Under the pieces are notes generated by a model, which made no database searches, had not been told where the DNA came from, and was given only the letters and a program-made list of their open reading frames with translations. Shown one piece after another: positions 63,401 through 64,000 of a DNA stretch of 64,000 nucleotides. Position numbers and translations under genes: made by a program. Source of the DNA: Candidatus Omnitrophota bacterium (lineage in GTDB: Bacteria; Omnitrophota; Gorgyraeia; Zapsychrales; Fredricksoniimonadaceae); NCBI GenBank assembly GCA_903944345.1, contig CAJARJ010000019.1:7480-71479 (forward strand), given 5' to 3'. Positions within the stretch are counted from its first letter, which is position 1, and each line of letters begins with the position of its first letter.

Positions 63401-64000
63401 CAATTTCCAGCGCTCGCGTGAAATGGCTTATCGTTTTTATGGCGGGTATCAGAAATTCTTGTCACAGTTGAAGGGGGAAACAAGGCAGGCCGACTGGAAA
63501 GTGGAAGCGGAAACAGGTTCAGGAGAAAATATTCTGCTTGTTCCGGTTACGGAGCACGCATCTTTGCGGATTCCGGTTGGAAACAAGACACTCGAAGATA
63601 TAAATTCGCCGGCGAATCGGGAGAATCTCCAAACACTTGTACAAAACGAGCTTGTGGAACTGGAGCATTTAACGGCGGAAATGGATGCCTATTTGCAGTT
63701 GGCCAAGAAGCATGCCACAGATCGCTTCCTGTACACTGTTTTAAACCGGGCCAGGTTGTCAAAGAATCTTGACCAAACCGTTCCGGTGGCCGGGGAAAAA
63801 GACGCTTCATCGACCTTTAAACTGCGGATCGTTGCCGGTATTTTAAGTTCGGATTTTATGAAAAAGGAAGCCGCTACCAAGGATGGAAAAGCGGTAACGA
63901 TTTATTCCAACCCGAAAACCGGCTGGCGTATGCATGTGGATCAGAAGACCGGATTGATTCACAGGTTTGACAGAACGCCAGGGGTTTCCGAGGATGCCGT
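42444..64000 (+). CDS. Giant multidomain protein, N-terminal >=7,185 aa (ORF still open at the window end)
   Basis: ATG at 42444 preceded by GGAG (42433-42436) and an in-frame TGA at 42429. The codon frame with starts at positions congruent to 0 mod 3 is open to 64000: hand-checked at 47400, 49980, 54960, 60000, 63960, with protein-like sequence throughout. The ORF track shows no plus-strand ORF in this frame because there is no in-window stop. Recognisable parts: TM helix FWIRAVSVILICIFL; C39-like Cys/His motifs (NCGVYAL ... HFVTVLRIEGDTVYLNDIGNPG); Gly/Ala-rich hydrophobic modules; ~1,400-aa coiled coil; SecA-like ATPase (KGTGGGKT, VIMDDIQEMTRGSGLVLGG, LVGRGTD..LLGG). Confidence 0.85.
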   Translation, partial: MDKQLDSKTVESFSTVAAAEAPISVYAEGGFRSRFNFWIRAVSVILICIFLPDQIGWAFNYNPAVIYPQNALNYQPAPVLTSAERSSAQIAGSVGFLLNQVKGLEQARFELKLNPANALQLAKELKQPVLAIDSRRSFNELAISEITQWLAEPQVHILNCGVYALKDLLDFEGISKTPEELSVITILADLLSDVLRTGDERLKTSLFALSQAMDAFGLEYQAVKLRPENLRLLATPFIAHFKDEHFVTVLRIEGDTVYLNDIGNPGQMSISELAQRASGFALAREMKFFVKAGFERVAQNTQTFVWGDKWRNKSDELPGLVSNSQIAMQVGIQVVGALAAAWMGPGGWAAYATFSMSMAASSFAQAVGQVCQMRGGSGQSCMLLSTAISVGLTMGTSALLSAGQAAGTQAAGQALAKDGVTNASAQVSQETVNKAASEAAGAISRSGEIATQEAITSSVTKAFANQGIAVSGELGAKISAAAAANVTAKVAEASASTMASTFAAGFAQGAIIGVAKGAVEYQVVKMIDKALGDDDYILKSTVQAIASSVAGAMVGSIVQWGISNAVTAYNESSAANTDTETAAASTDTSATSTQAATTATDSAMIRLTKLDGGFNPYDLGKNSLGTVLSRTLMDRSLLAGVVGHLAAMGVRYAVSGGAVTQEEEGDLSVVLGQLGNTFGQMAGNFAMGQSKIGYDNRTPEQTVKDAKDWTALFKQAIPKAVVSAGLTYALLAMEESVIGDDDGSHSYKEKQMAFRNTAFMISGVMTGLALGLAAEYAHQDADSPVGATTSSVVEDGRLEAGYKTGYWQQQKEFQMDFWGLGAMQTLTNEMGGTPYSLNAGLAAGQLTSTMQGLTGFTPQTAWQIDKMWLATKKANSELSADNRESNSVLKLRHRIAIFDIIDPGMINIDYVNSQFSAGVVSNVIATGEIAASATFARGSIDGQQYLTDWGFQWRPAITRDIVTPDGKPTGRALVFMGATNDVNRLLDFRGVENLGLSRETDPKTGKVRESLTGTYTKEYAHATGLDKAMAGIDDLTRELNSAGVNGISAERLQAALAKNGLKGAVVSSGPDGSQKVLVDVDGKTVSLDASLLQQAGLIAPAGVDKNGKLQWKFNAGSAPGSVFSNRNAKGTVFSFSGAEVVADTSSPVYFLHKIAGLPGAPVDWARSTQPENVWKNYTVDLGARNAAMTNNPGTTFSAQQINQPGGASQSVFSLELDYAGNSGNPLQMASGYRGIKKNRAGEADRKTLSFDLTAQANPDGSAVFGERRNLSIAGLVIEPGNKSVMDLAFTSMNNVGGNNLRYNVTGVNTVTGEVFDLARFKKAFEAGIRKQEQIGLLDLFLPQMSGKTAAAWLSVMATSQALGQLTPGITAPVLMNMGIRQKGSALPEASLVSSIDGKINPLQLNTYTADGQVKDVLRVTARNTPLLQLAAGGGANNFLGNVHNVSRTFLNNHLPMGSADRFGYYYAAGTPSVGKGGGKVTQYDSQLLPMFSGDEVGLEGWLREGTVARISDGKKKGSYKGKILSDFFLVNPLDPAAGELVRLVGEIGITRAGHGQTLTAEEGKTIKNFALQQAPEGIVAVIDNNGLSPFLERAVLAYPHKGAFSPEQGGQVGDITLTTNQTGHALSKYPKLGFVFHDKAGWQLLPEQSSSSTTKDRYRRGDGAIMERLFKRTIRIFGRQTITQKDGSVTGSTIDPAISKRKVSDTGWVQMGERMIAPPPAPKPVARAAGGSGDGSQKVGAEIEYTEQSLDTAAREQVAKAKKDQGIDVPPTEQEVAAAKKSILAELNSSESVEGGGTKGEWMRFRLQQSAARKSAAAFEQGGEDNEALLAEQEAASEAGSGVFSGLDKPVTEKSLERKVKAQQTNDNTVHLKPDQGAMGSYLTGAVGAPKAEELYPEVKGSGEQTAKTGSQWKKAKTEQVSLAIEANGVVTPGAITFEATTYLGRKGAAGQAAEQINVCVQTNCKAVETPYQAAYDAKTGQWLLTGVDGKGVYGISTPLGGVKPQEGNSTQVAGNGLDGRVTLRRFVGLDANGQAIYMMTLDSQTPGPNSNIQIAETGKQAVPDGMQVNNNQVSLQAPAVGVGNGFITFKEDRKTGQVTFQDNNMYYAVDMAKNQNGIELWHNDSRTPGGQVLTLDPQYNVDGSGQYNAVLKQGSQLTIADGSYGKVIGSSSVDGEGMDFRQGIFAGGNLHFVNNLKSGIMSLSADPNQFYIDKTGDGMVLNRNGQSINGALWQTSKSGASSWLSFDRAEFGSKTDPSLFGTPVRLGVPDQEGKAIAVNSPELIKVQSSESVAELSAKATYDAAHAEVQKLQAQLSQPGSILFEGDVPVAREAVAAQLANALTKEGSARKAYAVAAEQRSAKEANASGKGAETEFINQTMGEKAQDPAAQETARLYKDEGSDQVWATGELSFVLGELNTTTPAAWGVFRGQMTDQEIADKTGLQITPEFSAERKAFEDELAKNGEVSQEDFARIAPHWSEIFKDETQRRKLASADSHLDQFVNNGNVTPLTYMNSDSLYTYVSGKSSVEGIKDATAVYDKSGQLTGYTDRDGRMVTFTNAIPLIKLVDPTGEKVYSQTVLYGGSFKGGENRQLLEGAVAGQMDYLTGSGLSKAPLEQQFIQLKDGKRFITQIKWSELGMDEAGPDRPLGLAVNVNNLSLGLQNQLQGNLSGISPVSLSDQAKGMLAYRDKEGHERIVAFPAMERGSNTDIMSTNIMAFNPGDVLSINHFAPKFVNLSAKDAPYDQAQQVISIPESQLKAVNIGQDFSFQAAPPNLSGAKSGTVNQGANEASATSDSVESRRTQMQGQDLASVYAIDSKGTVTAGPDTTQAIEFNTGEKLIGRVGFQIGTINQGGVPVLSKEIQFAGQAPGSVVGWKGTDAELKSITGERIAQFKTPDGKTNVTPYIGGWVYKGEGHVDFFADRGRAQTEISQGKSVLRVVESVPGYLMVVPVQYSFDLSKPKIAGKEFVIDAKTGQKLTQSVGQVGTDHGLFYVTTDKFIKEYEGFTFFEGQSLPAIRRWLMKDNGIVADIRTLLGKPRAGMDYQDAYDYSTFSTWKGLKGLAAGYGVAQYLGWTAVSAGIGGAVGGYANDWDRAAIFEGTLNGGVDGAALGGVVGIGGGVLQAAAKAGYVQKLQSLSPAVKMGASSVGWGSYGVGQGMFSNYMAGKDITDGNWKEWTSRFVIGAATGAAGRGLSATRSPALNAVAGNVYTKSLVTTVAGGAAARSFEEGGKGNSAGTFLFDVGSGVVGAFAISGAGVWGRSILGQTAGKTVSAPASSVWYDSWAASSNLFKSSVGKTTAKSVSLAERGAAAVRPYTAPVGNFFDANPAVRQFVMPFSGKNYNTALGEIRGLAGAGKMSYLEYSAKVSKLAASGVLGGSTWGGVAGYALSYGNPNELTSEQRMGYAAYGAFAGGALALLVAARPAMQNWSRTTPEGRTLEKVDITNFTPNMAGRMALTGATDFALMMPAWNIVTVPVHAAAEKLLGKSENWKEAWKSSDIRFRTGMDGSLIDPTDLLARKAPGDMLSGAQMGVMLGPTMGLLQKPLSAVTRNENGFWGKFWKGENLAGKLTPFAGHSMPRTIATLSFVEVGTEQAMHAFGQGRIDRWGQEGMAKVEKLMALDQVSRELELQRLGDSGLKTFFDTGDFSADAVRNYGISYAEGQVAALASNVAFASLFFKPTASPRPVDYRAQRIAAAKELRAARKEVETAETAWRAAPTDSQKITAHAAAIGKVERAKQKIFRANASEAAVELSKFRTGTGDEGKADGKTKNVEAIETKYNKSINLAEASARRASWAQTVSTLAENGVVKFDIDLQSQADKALAEVNNRQAEYSQNASPENKAQVDNALINFSKLQKQINRAEYEAKEIVLKARIKKGEGAAPSALKKDAQKAQVELALLPLERLLAPRIAVVDQRIATKRAQRDGLVREGIEAAERETSPDNKTAETSGSTRVEPPESVETPAQAALRQERIQALDHEIAVQEGVRDRLVTMMEKWIAPLVESRKQAGETSPTGGINSKIVREAVEDHLANDPLERSQLETSAGRLEGSSGKKVEAGSKEYGEAVEAAQILARHNLRTVERQRDSRSEEWVADEQLQRAQRELAEVEKELGSATASSADTRVDTKDSVPQTADTDVVKALQQRKADLNTEISRLEAFLQENSSSAQPKEIAQLKREHRQAVAAAEVADKHRALHESGQTAEKVLKSQEAGGKRWYASAEGFVRRHKALLTLEQRKLASKELELAQAKQKLENSLQAPEQAETKEKIEALEKDVFNLQKLMLAHESRLGWAEFFAGARAKGQINPLEFLSLKGKIERIEHDPSYSREQAEDLASKKQELDKFEATVKALEAAKESYEKGENVDAAASLQKAAENDPGLREVFPELFKTSKPSAPEQSEAVEQPKPAEAEASRQQATPAQQQQARPQGDLAARQKEQAAQLEAMRQRQASSSGKTSVAAEKPTAEKPEAPAKVELSESVSESVRAEGQSKETIELPENIPWSQVQQNVLERMAQVAGLKEGSTLEGSKDRLDKDIAGHTQSVGTHYDLALRQYEVEIAGNKALTTGERKARLDLVRSELAFQREHMLRLFQAERTPLEEARFEASEYKLDVQAAKWELNRPQDIHLSGEGHLSAFDQMRDEARTELDKIDVPDLSALLEHRAAPRVITRRMVGAKGLDWKKFVDALPQEGVERDAHQTDQVTLTKDFDRTKTGGYLKGKDAAEVVLNRSLDPKEVEVKVEQTLNRLREVKERVAAMRVVGDMVREMADARELKGTALYLVKAAEATAVRIDLRKRYDNLFLELRDDYRIPLKDLTPEQQLAVVKFNKYVFGESGDYLTPKEFVGRVRDVQESVLSILQDQAKGFGEGAENIVGELSRIEARIQEVGNEIDLAYSLAVLSHARTDKSATPAIEDLLRQVEHSKDVPIDQQTIDNIKEQAGSILPSAKEVAVSTEKEPFAKRALDYLGQGSQQQKDQAIFAVTKRLTTLEKTVETAQERSRLRRDLEPLRRAVTVLQTQEYIRHDIFRKLEAARTNNSTREQEIDLIEREAKRMTYIDTDVFRSLEMGRPGERAFMDYLMLTELFRNPEIKTPKELEAALKKKLSGDENLKPDRIEQELTQGDNQNRLQITLDVFNQHKNTAPIKALNQMLKDLNRTHTSVTDGFRSALSRREGLSPEGEAGNIVDKRIREAQEQIESMLEIMYAKDFELDRGAEITETLRTDNSGVTEMKRRFVMAEGIAQQAIGLPGTVVVKGTGGGKTLIQLMGVELSHIVSGRQGATTTIITPEPANMIDYMKRVNELYGKAKGQGETDHKTRYFAVSEGKVYRFDGENGVNKDGWKLVTRGGKPVEAREFEMTDKKEGESAVVMMTSRDAYDMRIQPDSKGYEFLKSMKEGKNEVIMDDIQEMTRGSGLVLGGAYSVKELIANGGRAEADEIRGAAQMAAQVYNLTKNYLSERSLSTAFERVDAQLVDHIKSQVFGNGVGRLPYSETSEKRVYEFIDAAWRHFRRVKGSDYHEVVVDEKTKSTAYVVRVKDVRGERGVELTWEGENHQGPRTQRFEKEEDFYSFLKQNAEAMTLGYSKGFVLADRSVATKDHIFHDPADAAICSVAVGADLRVTADYLVRPKKALSADIFKVASLVGAERITFYSASPDLDAIKEMGLDVTFSRDGGMRQRGDLVLVGRAPELKQGQLEFRYGRGREMLTEAVQQIVRDIRADPFTVQRRAGERVVAVKVGVLVLDRADYAHEAREAALAATRHDPYQHVVEVTFTGDRKQSIIAAQARLQEVAAGYFTKDMFERVGPKDQTWEQFVEDCLGKNIILRDPDKVDPNTRANTETLQDFVTAGKIRFTTDAATHPKVSREIQTIIEKSSKQKIIVVLPKFEAGSNLLEFFSDKGERILFGASIRHVGRMEDSTFYLQLVGRGTDNYKETETNRAYLLGGKMTTYVDTARMSATQREAFRAAENKEEKLWELAHTYERELGVQAAHRARYSLLDLKLDGYGLETKLSDTERNQQAHYDKIILEKGEMYRGFSSFYLPERNTQSVRWSVLDRMDLAEEGVSYRAWQDSFRPFRETQSGTQLVRELVSQQAVSSEDLDRLMFTRDQSGRITDSPVFEIGRNGGLTGNTTMVGTVAMRILQDEHHGGQPATRNDLEGILNRARQEVTSYISAGAKLEQGTDGELMWVKRDDEGLYMDVIPAGTKRYKVNAADTQEFQVVERYNYNPAGQGAYWAKSFLALPSGAPAQGLTVHGTIIPDGAQVDQSGQYVLTQNFSHPDQPNVLALLVNGQMIVKEKGELSKEDVEAAGGDWEQIKEKLTQAKERLADIKEDTIIFDSAVTAEKAQALLLDMSATQPLRRVIQAAVEGYYQLNAHLPRERLAAIVGENNVGVLETALQQAGLVDAAGTVQEKKKVVLEKDEPAQSWTALMPSRMPSRVNTAEDEKDRAQKAEKRARDLAVALNLPRSYHEHALAILESLRDSLEIDIPLRQFVSGTERLQAPDGIVRLSAETMDRRVIDVSLQSQTARREGQLRQQAGERGDLDAVRAHTRNINRSLAGILKYRAGLSLAPTVTKEIFKDIKDAAVNKDALIQALRAAGYIDDKGFLKDDSFFAVKTAADLNIGLDLKDEDKDKVFEALVKAETIRINIDRGLSRSEYTLEDFDGKQEKAQALLDQIRRDSSISAPTPQDGHPAEDPVAALNQLLSDQTGSAFLPQKDSVTPLEVRRAIKAKYEKLAPEDRDLGQDKDELTIRLLRTLGSKVRDVKGDLVPLSQIRQLEMDFSLLDDGQAAQATNSSIKLGLDAFLTALADNNKSGFRFVRHEGMHVWDRNLSRHKLEARRIAGKVDVIPRSARIRFEDYKVFQTDTLRARLNENKVGILSDPFAFIRDMETLGYVRKEKDHYIKTDKFYQETNGMVFKKLPGYDTQEQRKFVFELLNNGEEIGIYDKDFALGEVFTQRKEGRDYLQELSRAMEQGDMQEVRRMSAIVEDNFQRSREMAYRFYGGYQKFLSQLKGETRQADWKVEAETGSGENILLVPVTEHASLRIPVGNKTLEDINSPANRENLQTLVQNELVELEHLTAEMDAYLQLAKKHATDRFLYTVLNRARLSKNLDQTVPVAGEKDASSTFKLRIVAGILSSDFMKKEAATKDGKAVTIYSNPKTGWRMHVDQKTGLIHRFDRTPGVSEDA

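Noticed and set aside
42793-63880. About 40 short ORFs (60-230 aa) listed on both strands across 42.8-63.9 kb, e.g. 52667..53257(-) 196 aa, 62448..63137(-) 229 aa, 55645..56049(+) 134 aa
   Set aside because: All lie in frames other than the one that is continuously open from 42444 to the window end. Their translations are low-complexity (R/S/P/L-rich), typical of shadow ORFs over a GC-richer coding region.

Overview
This is a bacterial chromosomal window around the replication-origin neighbourhood, moderate GC with clear compositional patchiness. It has three parts.

Minus-strand housekeeping block (1-14.2 kb): rarA (5' partial, runs off the window start), pheT, pheS, rplT, rpmI, infC, thrS, three tRNAs (Val-GAC, Leu-TAA, Cys-GCA), coaC, rpoZ, gmk, yicC, parB, parA, a 61-aa Jag N-domain-only gene, yidC, yidD and rpmH. 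rnpA is missing from the otherwise canonical rpmH-(rnpA)-yidD-yidC cluster.

Plus-strand block (14.6-24.8 kb): dnaA, flanked by consensus DnaA boxes and AT-rich intergenic DNA, then dnaN, a DUF721/DciA-like gene (no recF), gyrB, gyrA, tRNA-Glu, mdh and a parvulin-type PPIase lipoprotein.

Atypical Tad/Flp pilus locus plus a giant gene (24.8-64 kb): cpaB; a secretin fused to a TonB C-terminal domain; a single-polypeptide TadZ(MinD-like)-TadA(CpaF) ATPase fusion; DUF192; a 601-aa HTH-like unknown; a tandem array of at least 11 Flp-type pilin genes (one 50-codon gene is below the ORF-track cutoff; a 3-gene cassette is tandemly duplicated); three cysteine-rich TadE/TadG-like pseudopilins (up to 942 aa); tadB; tadC; a strong terminator. 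Immediately after it an ORF starts at 42444 and is still open at 64000, i.e. at least 7,185 codons. It is absent from the ORF track only because it has no in-window stop. It shows an N-terminal signal-anchor plus C39-like cysteine-peptidase motifs, two Gly/Ala-rich hydrophobic modules, a very long coiled-coil region and a SecA-like DEAD ATPase module. All short ORFs listed on both strands between 42.4 and 64 kb are best explained as shadows of this giant gene. This Tad-like machine plus adjacent giant multidomain protein is the most likely novel system in the window.
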